Below are positions 29,245 through 40,151 of a stretch of DNA of 64,000 nucleotides, piece by piece. Both the position numbers and the translations under genes were made by a program. The notes below the pieces were generated by a model. The model did no database searches. It worked only from the letters and a program-made list of their open reading frames with translations, and was not told the origin of the DNA. Source of the DNA: Kiritimatiellia bacterium (GTDB taxonomy: Bacteria; Verrucomicrobiota; Kiritimatiellia; JAAZAB01); assembly GCA_041653875.1 (NCBI GenBank), contig JBAZEM010000003.1, forward strand, positions 102,424-166,423. The letters run 5' to 3'. Within the stretch, counting starts at the first letter, position 1. The number at the start of each line of letters is the position of its first letter.

Positions 29245-31170
29245 ATGGCGACACGGCGACTTTTGAAATTTACCGGCAGTCTGGTCGGTTTGCTGGCCCT
29301 GCTGGCCATCCTGATCGCGGCCAATATTCTTATCGGCCGGGCAAGGGTGCGCGTGGACCTGACGGAAGAAAAACTCTACACTCTCTCGGAAGGCACGCGC
29401 GCCGTTTTAAAGTCGCTGGATGGCCCCGTGACCTTGAAGTTTTTTTTCTCCGGCAGCGCCGCGGAAGTTCCCATGCCGCTCAAGAATTTCGCGCGGCAGG
29501 TGGAGGACTTGCTGAAAGAATATGCCTTGACCTCCGGCGGCAAGGTGCTGGTTGAAACCTACGATCCCCAACCGGACTCGGACGCGGAGGAATGGGCTCA
29601 GCGTTACGGACTCGCCGGCGAACAGTTGGGAATCTCGGATTCCGCCCTTTACATGGGAATAGTGACCGTGAAAGGCGACGCCTATGCGGCCATTCCTTTC
29701 ATCGACCCGCGCAACGAGGAAATGCTGGAATACAACATCACCCGCGCGATCGCCCGGATGGCCACCCCTAAAAAACCGGCGATCGGCATTCTGAGCAGTC
29801 TGCCGGTCATGGGCGCGCGCTCGTTCCCTTATGCCATGCCGGGCCAGCCGCCCCCCAAGAACCAGCCGCCCTGGGTGGCGTTCCAAGACTTGAACAAGGA
29901 CTACGAGGTGCGCCAATTACCCGTCGCGGCGGAAACCATCGATCCGGCCATCGATGTCCTGGTCGTCGTCCATCCCAAGGCGATCTCCGAGAAAACGCAG
30001 TATGCCATTGACCAGTTTGTCCTGCGCGGCGGACGTTTGCTGGCGTTCATCGACCCCCTGTGCATCGCCGACAGCATGAGCCAGGAAGCGGCCATGGGAC
30101 TGGCGCGCCCGATGTCCGACCTCGGGGTCTTGCCCGCCGCGTGGGGGATCGCCTATGAACCCGACAAGGTCGTTGCCGACCCCTCGGCGAGCACTCGCGT
30201 GCGGCGCGGCGATAATACGGTCGAGGATAATCCCGTGTTTCTCAGTCTGCGGAAGTCGAATCTCGATGACAAGGACCTCATCACGTCCTCGCTGGAATCG
30301 TTGTGCCTGCCCGCCGCCGGCGCGTTTTCCGGAACCGGCACGGAAGGCTTGAGCGTCGGCGCCTTGCTGGTGTCCTCGGAGCAGTCCGCGCTCATCAGCG
30401 CTATGGCCGCCCAAATGGGCACGGAAATCGTTAGCCGCAATTTCAAGAGCGGTCAAAAGCGCCTGAACATGGGCATCCGCCTGCAGGGCAAGTTCAAGAC
30501 CGCTTTCCCGCAAGGCAAGCCCAAAACGGCGCCGGATCAGGATAAGAAGGATCCGGCCGCGAACGAAAAGGAACCGGCGCAGACGGAAGACACGACCCCA
30601 TCCTTGAAGGAAAGCGCCAAAACAAGCACGGTGATCCTGGTGGCGGATGTTGACATGCTTTACGACGCTTTTGCCGTACAGGAAATGCCGATTTTCGGCC
30701 AGCGCATTTTCCAGCCGCTGAACGATAACGTCAATTTCTTCGCCAACGCGCTGGAGCAACTTTCCGGCAGCGCGGATCTGGCGAAGATCCGCGCGCGCGG
30801 CCGGCTCGACCGTCCGTTCAAGCGCGTCCAAGCACTCCAGAGTGAAGCGCAACAACGCTGGATGGCGCAGGAACGCACGCTCCAGGAACAGTTGGCCGCC
30901 ACTCAGGAACGATTGGAAAGCCTGCAGTCCAAGAAGGACACCAGCCAGCGCTATATTCTCAGCGCCGAGCAGGAACAGGAGATCGCCAAGTTCAAAATGG
31001 AGCAGATCAAGACCCAGCATGAACTCAAACAGGTGCGCAAGAATCTGCGGGAAGGCATCGAAAAACTGGGCGTGAAGGTCAAGGCTGTCAACATCCTGGC
31101 CATCCCCATGCTGATTTGCCTGGCGGGACTGGTCTTCGGTTGGCGCCGGCGGCAGAACGCGCGGCGCTGA
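29245..31170 (+). CDS. GldG-family ABC transporter auxiliary protein
   Basis: N- and C-terminal TM anchors with a large periplasmic domain. Follows the ABC-2 ATPase and permease. ATG 29245 with AAAGGA RBS. Confidence 0.7.
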   Translation: MATRRLLKFTGSLVGLLALLAILIAANILIGRARVRVDLTEEKLYTLSEGTRAVLKSLDGPVTLKFFFSGSAAEVPMPLKNFARQVEDLLKEYALTSGGKVLVETYDPQPDSDAEEWAQRYGLAGEQLGISDSALYMGIVTVKGDAYAAIPFIDPRNEEMLEYNITRAIARMATPKKPAIGILSSLPVMGARSFPYAMPGQPPPKNQPPWVAFQDLNKDYEVRQLPVAAETIDPAIDVLVVVHPKAISEKTQYAIDQFVLRGGRLLAFIDPLCIADSMSQEAAMGLARPMSDLGVLPAAWGIAYEPDKVVADPSASTRVRRGDNTVEDNPVFLSLRKSNLDDKDLITSSLESLCLPAAGAFSGTGTEGLSVGALLVSSEQSALISAMAAQMGTEIVSRNFKSGQKRLNMGIRLQGKFKTAFPQGKPKTAPDQDKKDPAANEKEPAQTEDTTPSLKESAKTSTVILVADVDMLYDAFAVQEMPIFGQRIFQPLNDNVNFFANALEQLSGSADLAKIRARGRLDRPFKRVQALQSEAQQRWMAQERTLQEQLAATQERLESLQSKKDTSQRYILSAEQEQEIAKFKMEQIKTQHELKQVRKNLREGIEKLGVKVKAVNILAIPMLICLAGLVFGWRRRQNARR

Positions 31171-31272
31171 ACGTAAAACAGACGACAGAGGACGGACGCC
31201 GGACGACAGACGGCATTAATCGCTGGATCGCAAAATCACCGAATAAATACAGGGAGGCGGGAGACATAGACC

Positions 31273-32580
31273 ATGAAGATCCGTAATCTGATTCTGCTCG
31301 TTGTGTTGGCCGGAACCCTGATTGGCTGGGCGGCCTGGACCATGCGGCCGCACCCTCAATCGGGAATCGCCCTGATCGGCACGAAAGTCCTGCCCAACCT
31401 GCCCATCAACCAAGTGAATAAAATCGTGCTGACCACCACAAGCAACACCATTACCCTGGCCAAGGTTAAAGGCACATGGGCCGTGGCGAACCGCTTCGAT
31501 TATCCCGCCGCCTTCGACAAGATCGCCGATTGTCTGCTGCAACTCGGCGAGATGAAAGTGGGTCAGGTCATGGCCGCCAGTGAATCACAGAAAGGCGCCT
31601 TCAACCTGCTGGATCCCGCCGCGATGACCGTGGGACTCAAAGAACAGGCCGGTATGCGCGTGGAACTGCGGGATGAAAACGACGGACTCATCGCCACCCT
31701 GATAGTCGGCAAACCCTTTATGCGCGCCTACCCGGATGGCGGCCTGCAAGGGTCGCTTTCTTCCGGCGCTTATCCGGACGGCCAATACGTGCAGACCGCC
31801 GATGGCCGCGTAATTTTGGTCGGCCAAACCCTCGACCGCCTGACCGGGGACTTGAAAAACTGGCTGGCCAACGAGTTTATCGATGTCGCCGCCAACGATA
31901 TCCGTAATATTACGATCAGCGCGCCCGACCGCGCGCCGATCAAGCTGACGCGGCCTAAAAACGGCGAGCCTTTTGCGCTCGAAGGCCTGAAGAAAGAGGA
32001 AGGCGCTTTGGATGCCGCCAAGGTCAACCAGATCGGCGGCGCGCTGAACATGCTGGGGTTCGACGATATCGCCGCCCCCACCCTGTCCCTCAAGGAGACC
32101 GGCTTGGAGCATCCGGTGGTATTCGAAGCCGAAACACGCCAAGGCCGGATTTACACCTTGCGCATCGGCAACACTCTGACCAACGACACCTTTGACCGCT
32201 ACATTCAGGTGGCCGTGGCTTGGAAGGGGGCGGCGGGCGAAGAATCAGACAGCGGACGGCAGACGACGGACGACGGCTCGCAGAAGGCCGATACAAACGC
32301 GCTGGAGACGGCCAAGGCCAACCAGCAGGAGGCGGACAAATCCAAGGCGTTGAACGACCGCTTGGCGACCTGGACGTTCATCGTCAAGTCTTATCGGGCG
32401 GAGCCGTTCCTGCTCAAGCGCACGGACCTGATCAAGAAACCGGAGCCGCCCAAGGCGGACGACGGAGGACGGACGACGGACCCTCCTACGCCAGGGCGCT
32501 ATGGAGGGCAGGCGCCAGACGGCGACGACCAGACCGGAGATCGAAAAATCAGCGATCAGCAATCCGAAATCAGCAATTAG
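31273..32580 (+). CDS. DUF4340-like protein (partner of GldG-type ABC systems)
   Basis: N-terminal TM. Conserved gene order ATPase-permease-GldG-DUF4340. Acidic low-complexity C-terminus. Confidence 0.55.
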   Translation: MKIRNLILLVVLAGTLIGWAAWTMRPHPQSGIALIGTKVLPNLPINQVNKIVLTTTSNTITLAKVKGTWAVANRFDYPAAFDKIADCLLQLGEMKVGQVMAASESQKGAFNLLDPAAMTVGLKEQAGMRVELRDENDGLIATLIVGKPFMRAYPDGGLQGSLSSGAYPDGQYVQTADGRVILVGQTLDRLTGDLKNWLANEFIDVAANDIRNITISAPDRAPIKLTRPKNGEPFALEGLKKEEGALDAAKVNQIGGALNMLGFDDIAAPTLSLKETGLEHPVVFEAETRQGRIYTLRIGNTLTNDTFDRYIQVAVAWKGAAGEESDSGRQTTDDGSQKADTNALETAKANQQEADKSKALNDRLATWTFIVKSYRAEPFLLKRTDLIKKPEPPKADDGGRTTDPPTPGRYGGQAPDGDDQTGDRKISDQQSEISN

Positions 32581-32619
32581 ATTGACCATTAACCATTCGT
32601 TAGCATAGGAGCCTCACAC

Positions 32620-33609
32620 ATGGACCATACTGAAATTACCAAGACCACCGACCTGATTCACGCGCAGACCAAGGCCATCGATTCCGTGCGCCAGGAAGTA
32701 ATGAAAGTCATCGTGGGCCAGGAGCACATGCTGGACCGCATGTTGATTGCGCTCATCACCGGCGGCCACATCCTCCTGGAAGGCGTGCCGGGATTGGCTA
32801 AAACCACGGCGGTCAAGACACTGGCCCAGACCCTGGGTCTCAAGTTCCAGCGAATCAGTTTCACGCCGGACCTGCTGCCGGCCGATCTGATCGGCACGAT
32901 GATTTACGATCCGCGCGCCGGAACATTTTCGGTCAAGAAAGGGCCGGTTTTCACCAACCTCCTGCTGGCGGATGAAATCAACCGGGCCCCGGCCAAGGTG
33001 CAGTCGGCCCTTTTGGAGGCCATGCAGGAACACCAGGTGACGATCGGCGATCATACCTATCCCCTGCCGGAGCCGTTCATGGTCATGGCCACGCAGAACC
33101 CCATCGAACAGGAAGGCACCTACCCCCTGCCCGAGGCCCAGATTGACCGCTTCATGCTCAAATGCAAGGTGAGCTATCCATCCAAGGACGACGAACGCCG
33201 CATTATGAACCGATTCACACGCAAACGGGAGACGCAAGTCAACGCGGTCATGTCGGCCGAGCAGATCTTCCTGTTGCGCGATTTATTGGATCAGGTCTAT
33301 TGCGACGAAAAAGTGGGCGAATATATCCTCGACCTCGTATTCGCCACGCGCAAACCTTCGGCTTACAACATCCCGGCGGATCACCAGATCGAGTATGGCG
33401 CTTCGCCGCGGGCGACGCTTTACCTGAATCTGGCTTCCCGCGCCAACGCCATGTTGCACGGCCGCGGTTACGCCACTCCCCAGGACGTCAAGGAAATCGC
33501 CCATGACGTGCTCCGTCACCGCATCATGCTGACCTACGAGGCGGAGGCGGAAGAAGTCACCAGCGAGGACCTGATCGCGCGCCTTTTGAACGATATGCCG
33601 GTGCCATGA
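32620..33609 (+). CDS. MoxR-family AAA+ ATPase
   Basis: Walker A GVPGLAKT, Walker B LLADEINR, MoxR-type C-terminal domain. Confidence 0.9.
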   Translation: MDHTEITKTTDLIHAQTKAIDSVRQEVMKVIVGQEHMLDRMLIALITGGHILLEGVPGLAKTTAVKTLAQTLGLKFQRISFTPDLLPADLIGTMIYDPRAGTFSVKKGPVFTNLLLADEINRAPAKVQSALLEAMQEHQVTIGDHTYPLPEPFMVMATQNPIEQEGTYPLPEAQIDRFMLKCKVSYPSKDDERRIMNRFTRKRETQVNAVMSAEQIFLLRDLLDQVYCDEKVGEYILDLVFATRKPSAYNIPADHQIEYGASPRATLYLNLASRANAMLHGRGYATPQDVKEIAHDVLRHRIMLTYEAEAEEVTSEDLIARLLNDMPVP

Positions 33610-33735
33610 AAGCATGGTTAATGGAAAATGGTCAATGGCTAATGAATCGGAATCAACATGCTATCAAACATCAGCCATTCCCCATCAACCATTAACCATT
33701 GACCATTAACCATTCCCCTTCAACCATTCTTCCCC
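33605..33735. repeat. Family F inverted-repeat element between moxR and the DUF58 gene
   Basis: ggttaatggaaaatggtcaatggctaatg ... ccattaaccattgaccattaaccatt (reverse-complement arms). Confidence 0.6.
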
Positions 33736-33736
33736 A

Positions 33737-34627
33737 ATGCCCATCGACACCAAAGAATTGATGAAGCACGTCCGCCGGATCAAAGTGGTCACGGCCAAAC
33801 TTGTGGACGAACACATTTCCGGCGAGTATCACTCCGTCTTCAAGGGACGGGGCATGGAATTCGACGAGGTGCGCGCCTACGTGCCCGGCGACGACGTGCG
33901 CGCCATCGATTGGAACGTTACGGCCCGCATGGGCCACCCCTATGTCAAGCGCTTTTGCGAAGAGCGGGAATTGACGATTATTTTCCTGGTGGATATTTCC
34001 GGCTCCATGATTTTCGGGTCCGGCCTGCGTTCCAAGGCCGAGGTGGCCGCCGAACTTACCAGTCTCCTGGCACTCTCGGCCATTAAGAACCAGGACAAGG
34101 TCGGCATGATCCTGTTCTCCGACCGGATCGAGCGCTATCTCCCGCCGCGCAAGGGCCGAACGGCCGCGATGCGCTTAGTGCGGGAAGTTTTGGCGGCCGG
34201 GGAAACGCGCCGCGAAACCAACCTGGGCGCGGCCCTGCAGTTCCTGAACAAGGTCCAGAAACGCCGGGCCGTGGTGTTCCTGATTTCCGATTTTCTGGCA
34301 ACGGGATATGAAAAAGAATTACGGGTCCTGGCGCGCCACCACGACCTGATCGCCTGTCCGATTTGCGATCCGCGCGAGCAAAGCCTTCCCAATATCGGGC
34401 TCTTGGAAGTGGTCAACCCGGAAACAGGCGGCCTGATCATGGCGGACACCGGCTCCCGTCGTCTATTGCAGTCGTTCCAGGCTCAAGCCGCGGCCGAAGA
34501 ACTCGCGCGCGACAAACAATTTCAGCGGCTCAAAGTGGACCGCCTGGGGCTGACCACCGACCGGCCCTTTGTGGACGACGTGCGCCGGCTTTTCCACCTT
34601 CGCCAGCACCGCCGACAGCGGGGATGA
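33737..34627 (+). CDS. DUF58 domain protein (vWA-like, MoxR partner)
   Basis: Conserved DUF58 core (YVPGDDVRAIDWNVTAR..., VDISGSM). Confidence 0.8.
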   Translation: MPIDTKELMKHVRRIKVVTAKLVDEHISGEYHSVFKGRGMEFDEVRAYVPGDDVRAIDWNVTARMGHPYVKRFCEERELTIIFLVDISGSMIFGSGLRSKAEVAAELTSLLALSAIKNQDKVGMILFSDRIERYLPPRKGRTAAMRLVREVLAAGETRRETNLGAALQFLNKVQKRRAVVFLISDFLATGYEKELRVLARHHDLIACPICDPREQSLPNIGLLEVVNPETGGLIMADTGSRRLLQSFQAQAAAEELARDKQFQRLKVDRLGLTTDRPFVDDVRRLFHLRQHRRQRG

Positions 34628-34851
34628 AGAAAATGCGGAAGGCAGAATGTAGAATGCAGAATAGAAGACCAGACGGACGCGAGCGGGGCCCCTATGCGGC
34701 GCGTTTGCTTGGCGGCATGTTGGGCCGCCAAGGGCGGCGACTGTTTCCCGTGGCCGCGGCGGTGACGCCGTGGCTGCCGAAGGAATCCACGCCCTTACGG
34801 GCGCGGCTACGAAGATTGGCCGCCCAAGGCGGAAATTCCCTCAAGTTGACC

Positions 34852-35856
34852 ATGGCCCTGGCGGTTGCCGTTTCGTTCATGGGCCTGGCCGCCACAGCGG
34901 CGGTTGCCGCCGCGCCGGAATCCACGCCGGCGACCCGCGTGGAAAAAACGATCTCGGGGGACGTGGAAGTCATCGTCACCGCCGACCCGGCCCAGGTTCA
35001 TTTGGACCGTGACATCCTGCTTTCCATCGCGACAATCGCGCCATCCAACATCGCCGTCCGATTGCCGCCAATAGACAATCGACTTGCCGGTTTCACACTG
35101 AACGGCGCGTTCGACCGCGAGCCGACAACTCGCAACGGGACCATTACGCGCGAACATTGTTTCCGGCTGACGCCGCTTGTGGCCGCCGAATACCGGCTGG
35201 CGCCCATGGCGGTGACCTATGCCGATACAAACCTCTCGAACGCGCCGGAAAATTGGTTTGCCACGCGCGCTTTGCTTTTCGACGTCGCCCCGATCGGCAA
35301 CGAGCATCCGGGCGCCATCCGCGATATCCGCGGGCCGGTCTGGATTTACCCGGCTTTCAAGACCGTCGCCGGCTGGCTGGCAATTCTGGCGCTGATGGCC
35401 GCGGCGGGCTGGGCGCTCTACCGGCTCAGCCGCCGGGTTCACCGCGCCGTCCGGTTGCGGCGGATGTCGCCCCGCGAACGCGCCCTCGATCAACTCGTCG
35501 AGCTTCTTAAGCAGGATTTGGTTGGGAAAGGCAGGATCAAGGAATTCTACATCGGATTAACCACGATCGTTCGCTGTTATATCGAGGGCGCGCATGCCAT
35601 AAGAGCGCCGGAACAGACCACCGAAGAATTTCTTGAAACAGCGGCGCGCAATCCCTCCTTCAATCCCGAGGTCTTAAAAAAACTGAAGATCTTTTTACAG
35701 ACCGGCGATCTCGTTAAATTCGCCGTTTATCACCCTGGCAAGGAAATTATCGATCAAACTCTTGCCACTGCCGGCGATTACATAGATACCGACGAACAAT
35801 TCCAACAGAAGGCCAACGCCGGGCCGCCGGCCACGCGGGACGCACGGCCAGCGTAA
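34852..35856 (+). CDS. Hypothetical exported/membrane protein of the Bat operon
   Basis: Signal-peptide-like start MALAVAVSFMGLAATAAVAAA. Internal TM segment. Start placed downstream of a family-C/G repeat that occupies the front of the listed 497-aa ORF. Confidence 0.45.
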   Translation: MALAVAVSFMGLAATAAVAAAPESTPATRVEKTISGDVEVIVTADPAQVHLDRDILLSIATIAPSNIAVRLPPIDNRLAGFTLNGAFDREPTTRNGTITREHCFRLTPLVAAEYRLAPMAVTYADTNLSNAPENWFATRALLFDVAPIGNEHPGAIRDIRGPVWIYPAFKTVAGWLAILALMAAAGWALYRLSRRVHRAVRLRRMSPRERALDQLVELLKQDLVGKGRIKEFYIGLTTIVRCYIEGAHAIRAPEQTTEEFLETAARNPSFNPEVLKKLKIFLQTGDLVKFAVYHPGKEIIDQTLATAGDYIDTDEQFQQKANAGPPATRDARPA

Positions 35857-35869
35857 AACGAAGGCAACT

Positions 35870-36020
35870 ACTCAGCAAAAAACTTTTTTAACTACGAAAC
35901 ACACGAAATTAATTAAAAGCGTCAAGATTTAAGCATCAAAATACTTGTTTTCTTCTCTGATTTTCGCGTTTTTTGCGTGTTTCGTAGTTAGTCCTTTCTG
36001 TTGCTGAGCAGTTACAAACG
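35870..36020. repeat. Family D inverted-repeat element
   Basis: aactactcagcaa...aactacgaaacacacgaaa / ttttcgcgttttttgcgtgtttcgtagtt...ttgctgagcagtt arms flank aagcgtcaagatttaagcatcaaaatact. Related to 7855-7920. Confidence 0.6.
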
Positions 36021-36051
36021 AAGAACAAAGAACTGTTTACAGGTTATAGCA

Positions 36052-37086
36052 ATGTTTCGACTTGCCGATCCATATTACCTGTTTCTGCTGGTCCCGCTTT
36101 GTGTCGCAGGCTGGGCCATGCTCGCGCGACGAAGAAACAGCGCCATTCTATTCGCGCCCACGCATCGACTGCCGGCCGCGGCCTTCACTTGGCGGACAGC
36201 GACCATCGCCCTGGCGCCGTTTCTGTTTCTGGCGGGCGCCGGACTCGCGATTATCGCCCTGGCGCGCCCGCAAACCGTGTTCTCGAAGACCGCCCATCAA
36301 ACCGACGCCATCGCCATCCAAATGGTGGTGGACGTCTCCGGCTCGATGGAAGCGCTGGATTTCTCGACGCGCGACACAATGCGCACCCGCCTGGACATGG
36401 TCAAGGAAACATTCGCCCGGTTTATCGAAAAGCGCCCCGACGATTTGATCGGCCTGGTGACCTTCGGCGGCTATGCCAACAGCCGTGTGCCGCTGACCAT
36501 CGATCACGGCGCGCTCCGGCACGTCCTCAAAGGAGTTCAGATCCCCAAGCCCGCCCTGGATGCCAACGGACAATTGACCAACCAGGAGGAATTGCTGACC
36601 GCCATCGGCGACGCCTTGGCCACGGCTTGCGCCCGGCTGGAAAAGTCCGAGATCAAGTCGAAAATCATCGTGCTCCTCACCGACGGCGAATCCAACACCG
36701 GCATCATCCAGCCTGACCAGGCCGTCAAGGCGGCCAAGGCGCTGGGGATCAAGGTCTATGCCATCGGCGTGGGCTCCAACGGGCGCGCCCCATTTATGGC
36801 CCATGATGTTTTCGGCCGCGAAGTCATCCAATACGCCGAAGTCAAGATCGACGAGGATTTGCTCCGCCGCGTCGCCTCGACGACCGGCGGTCAATATTTC
36901 AACGTCAAGGATCCCAAGGGGCTTGCCCGGGCGCTAACCGACATCGACAAGCTGGAAAGAACCAATATCCGCAAAGAGATTTACAACCAGTACACGGAAT
37001 TGTTTCCCCGCTGCCTCTGGCCGGGGGTTCTCTTGCTGGCGCTGGCAAGCTCGTTGAACATGATGGTGAGGAAAGAAATCATCTGA
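36052..37086 (+). CDS. batA: BatA-like vWA-domain membrane protein
   Basis: N-terminal TM pair, vWA MIDAS (VVDVSGSM, LLTDGESNTG), C-terminal TM. Confidence 0.8.
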   Translation: MFRLADPYYLFLLVPLCVAGWAMLARRRNSAILFAPTHRLPAAAFTWRTATIALAPFLFLAGAGLAIIALARPQTVFSKTAHQTDAIAIQMVVDVSGSMEALDFSTRDTMRTRLDMVKETFARFIEKRPDDLIGLVTFGGYANSRVPLTIDHGALRHVLKGVQIPKPALDANGQLTNQEELLTAIGDALATACARLEKSEIKSKIIVLLTDGESNTGIIQPDQAVKAAKALGIKVYAIGVGSNGRAPFMAHDVFGREVIQYAEVKIDEDLLRRVASTTGGQYFNVKDPKGLARALTDIDKLERTNIRKEIYNQYTELFPRCLWPGVLLLALASSLNMMVRKEII

Positions 37087-37143
37087 ATTGCGGAAATGGC
37101 GTAAAATTAAAAATCAAACATCCGAAATCGGAAATTATTAATC

Positions 37144-39939
37144 ATGCACGTTCAGTTCGCAAATCCCTGGGCTTTGATCCTACTCTGGCTGGCGCCGGTC
37201 ATCGGCATCGTCTGGCTGGCGGCCTGGCGCCTGAAGGCCCGCGCCCTGGAGCGCTTCCTGGCGCCGGCCATGCGCGCGAAATTGTGCCCTCCGCCCCAGC
37301 CCCAGCGCTTCTACTGGCAATGGGCGCTGGTATTGCTCGGGCTCCTCCTGGCGCTTATCGCCGCGGCCCGGCCGCAATGGGGCCTGCGCGAGGAAATTGT
37401 CAGGCAACGCGGACGCGACCTGATCGTTGCGCTCGACGTCTCGCGCTCCATGCTGGCGCAGGATGTTCGCCCCAATCGGCTCCAACGCTCCAAGGCGGAT
37501 ATCCAGGACCTGCTCCGCGAATTGCGGGGCGACCGGGTTGCGCTGATCGTTTTCAGCGGCAAGGCCCTCCAGCTATGCCCGCTGACCACCGACTATGCTT
37601 ATCTCGAGCAAGTCCTGGCCGACGTTTCCCCGGAATCGGCGCCGCGAGGCGAAACCGACATAGGCGACGCCATCGTCAAAGCCATGGACGCTTTTGAGAA
37701 CGATGCCGGCGCTTATCAAGCCGTCATTCTCGTCTCCGATGGCGAAGATCTGGCCGGCAAAGCCAAGGCCGCGGCCGAAAACGCCAGGAAAAAAGGCGTC
37801 GTTATTTTTACAGTCGGCTTGGGCGACCCGCAAGGCGCCAAAATACCAAGCGCGACACGCCCCAATGAATTCATGTCCTACCAGGGCAAGGATGTGGTCA
37901 GCAAGCTGCAGCATGAGACGCTGAAATCCATCGCCGAAATCACAGGCGGCGCCTATGTGCCCGTCGGCACGGCCAACGTCAGGTTGGATACACTGTACCG
38001 CGACCGTTTGAGCAAGCTGACGACGCGCGACATCGAGGAATCCATCCAGCGCCGCCGTATCGAACGCTACCAATGGTTCCTCTTGCCGGCCGTGCTGGCC
38101 TTGTTGGCCGGCGCCTTGCTGAGCCGCGGACGCCTGGGTAAAAAAGCGAAGGCGCCGCAATCCGTCCCGGCTACGGCTGTGCGCGTTTGGCCGTTGCTGT
38201 TCCCGCTCGCCCTCGTTGCCGGACTGGTTCAGGCCCAGGCTCCGCAGCAGACCACGACCGAGTCCCCGAGCACAAACACACCGTCGATTGCCGGCTCCTC
38301 GACAAATGTTTCCGTAGCCGATACGTCCGCCGGCACCGGCCGTGACGGGGCGCGGCGCGCTCAACGCTTGTACCGGATGGGCGCCTACCATGCGGCGGCC
38401 AAAACATACCTGGCGGCCATGCCGGGCCAGACGGCGGCGCTTCAGAACGATTGCCTTTACAACGCGGGTAACGCGCTCTACCGGGCCGGGCAGTATCAGG
38501 CTGCCGCCGCGAAATATGCCGAACTAACTACGCGCCGGCCGGTCGATCCCGCGGCCGCGTTTTACAATTTGGGTTGCGCCGAATTCCAACTGGCCGAACA
38601 GGCCAAATCCGCCGGGACCAACGTTCCGCCTGGAGGCGACATCTCGCCCGATACGCGGCCATCTTTGTTGGAGCGTTCCGGGCTGGCATTCCTGCAAGCA
38701 TTGCGTCATCGGAACGACGACGAGGCGGCGCGCGCGAACATTGGGGTGGTCACGAACCTCCTGCCGGAAGCCCGCGAACAAGCCAAACTCAAGACACTCC
38801 TGGCCCGCTACCAAGGCATACCGCCGCCGCAATTAGCCGATACAATGCTCGAAAACCAGCGTAAAATCGGCGCGAATCTGCCCGCCGCCATGACCAACGC
38901 CACACCCGCCCGGATCGACCAGATGGAAGCGCTAAGCGCGCAACAGCGCGACAATGCGGATTTATTGATTCCACTGAAAATATCCATGGCTTCGGCGCCG
39001 GCCCAGATGGCCGCTTCATCCACCTCCGGCGTGCCCCAGGGACCCCAAGTGGAACAGCACATCGAGGCTGTGCGCAACACCATGCAACAGGCGACGGAAT
39101 CCCTGCGTAACCTGGAAAACGAAGCCTATCGCCCGGTTATGACGGCCGAATCCGGCGTTTACAACCTGTGGAAAGGCATGGCTCAATTCCCCCAATTGCT
39201 CCGCGAGGACATATTCCGCCAAACCAACGCGATCAATCTGACGACCTCCGTCCTGACCCATGCCGCCGAGGCGGAATTGCGGGGCATCCGCCACCAGCAG
39301 AACGAAGCCCGGGAGCTGACCGGCTTGTTCGCCGAACGCTTCTCGCAGGCTGTGCCGCCCGGCGGAACGCCGGTCCCGGCCTCTAACGCCGTGACGACCG
39401 CCGCCACGGCAACCAATGCGCCGGAAGAAAAACAGGCGATTACCGCGGAAACGCGCGCGAATATTCTCGCCCTGGCCCAGCAGGCGCGGACCTTGCAAGG
39501 CCAGGCGCTCGCTCAAATCGAATCCACCAATCTCACCGCCGCCTTGCCCAACCAGCGCCAAGCCTGCGAACTCCTGAAAGAAATCGAAAAGCTTCTGCCC
39601 AAAAACAAGGACCAGAACCGGCAACAACCGAACCAACAGCAGGATCAAAACAAACAGGATCAGCCGAAACAAGACAAGCAGAAGCAGGATCAGTCGAAGC
39701 AGGACCAGCCGAAACAAGACCAACAAAAGCAGGAACCGCCGCCGCAAGACAAACAACAAGAGCAACAACCGCAACCGGAAGCGGAGAAGAAACTGGAGCA
39801 ACAGGATAAGGACAAGGAAATGACCCCCACCCAAGCCAAGGCGCTCTTGGAAAAAGCCCAACAGCGGGAAAAGGACCACCGCGAGGAGCGCGAACGCGAC
39901 ACCTATATTCCTCCCTCCCCGGTGGAAAAGGACTGGTGA
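37144..39939 (+). CDS. batB: BatB/BatC-like fusion: vWA domain + TPR repeats + Q/K-rich low-complexity C-terminus
   Basis: vWA MIDAS (ALDVSRSM, LVSDGED). TPR region (YRMGAYHAAAKTYLAA..., YNAGNALYRAGQY). Tail of QDQ/KQD repeats. Confidence 0.75.
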   Translation: MHVQFANPWALILLWLAPVIGIVWLAAWRLKARALERFLAPAMRAKLCPPPQPQRFYWQWALVLLGLLLALIAAARPQWGLREEIVRQRGRDLIVALDVSRSMLAQDVRPNRLQRSKADIQDLLRELRGDRVALIVFSGKALQLCPLTTDYAYLEQVLADVSPESAPRGETDIGDAIVKAMDAFENDAGAYQAVILVSDGEDLAGKAKAAAENARKKGVVIFTVGLGDPQGAKIPSATRPNEFMSYQGKDVVSKLQHETLKSIAEITGGAYVPVGTANVRLDTLYRDRLSKLTTRDIEESIQRRRIERYQWFLLPAVLALLAGALLSRGRLGKKAKAPQSVPATAVRVWPLLFPLALVAGLVQAQAPQQTTTESPSTNTPSIAGSSTNVSVADTSAGTGRDGARRAQRLYRMGAYHAAAKTYLAAMPGQTAALQNDCLYNAGNALYRAGQYQAAAAKYAELTTRRPVDPAAAFYNLGCAEFQLAEQAKSAGTNVPPGGDISPDTRPSLLERSGLAFLQALRHRNDDEAARANIGVVTNLLPEAREQAKLKTLLARYQGIPPPQLADTMLENQRKIGANLPAAMTNATPARIDQMEALSAQQRDNADLLIPLKISMASAPAQMAASSTSGVPQGPQVEQHIEAVRNTMQQATESLRNLENEAYRPVMTAESGVYNLWKGMAQFPQLLREDIFRQTNAINLTTSVLTHAAEAELRGIRHQQNEARELTGLFAERFSQAVPPGGTPVPASNAVTTAATATNAPEEKQAITAETRANILALAQQARTLQGQALAQIESTNLTAALPNQRQACELLKEIEKLLPKNKDQNRQQPNQQQDQNKQDQPKQDKQKQDQSKQDQPKQDQQKQEPPPQDKQQEQQPQPEAEKKLEQQDKDKEMTPTQAKALLEKAQQREKDHREERERDTYIPPSPVEKDW

Positions 39940-40151
39940 TTAAGTTGCCCCGCAAAGCGGGGTAACTTTTTCATAACGCCCGGTGATGGGCGCCGGGCCT
40001 GCAATATCTTTGTAGGCCGGGTCCCCTGACCCGGCGGGATTGTCATGCCATAGGCAGATCCGCCTCCCGCCGTCGCATAAAGCTATGGCGGGCAGGCTGG
40101 CGGAAAATTCCTTAACGTTTAATCAGGCGGCCAAAGGTCGCAACTGTTTCT

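Noticed and set aside
34363-34851. Upstream 163 codons of the 497-aa ORF
   Set aside because: They overlap the DUF58 gene end and run through family G/C repeat copies. The signal-peptide-like ATG at 34852 is the more plausible start.
39016-39879. 287-aa minus-strand L/R-rich low-complexity ORF
   Set aside because: Antisense of the Q/K-rich repeat tail of BatB/C. It is a compositional artefact.
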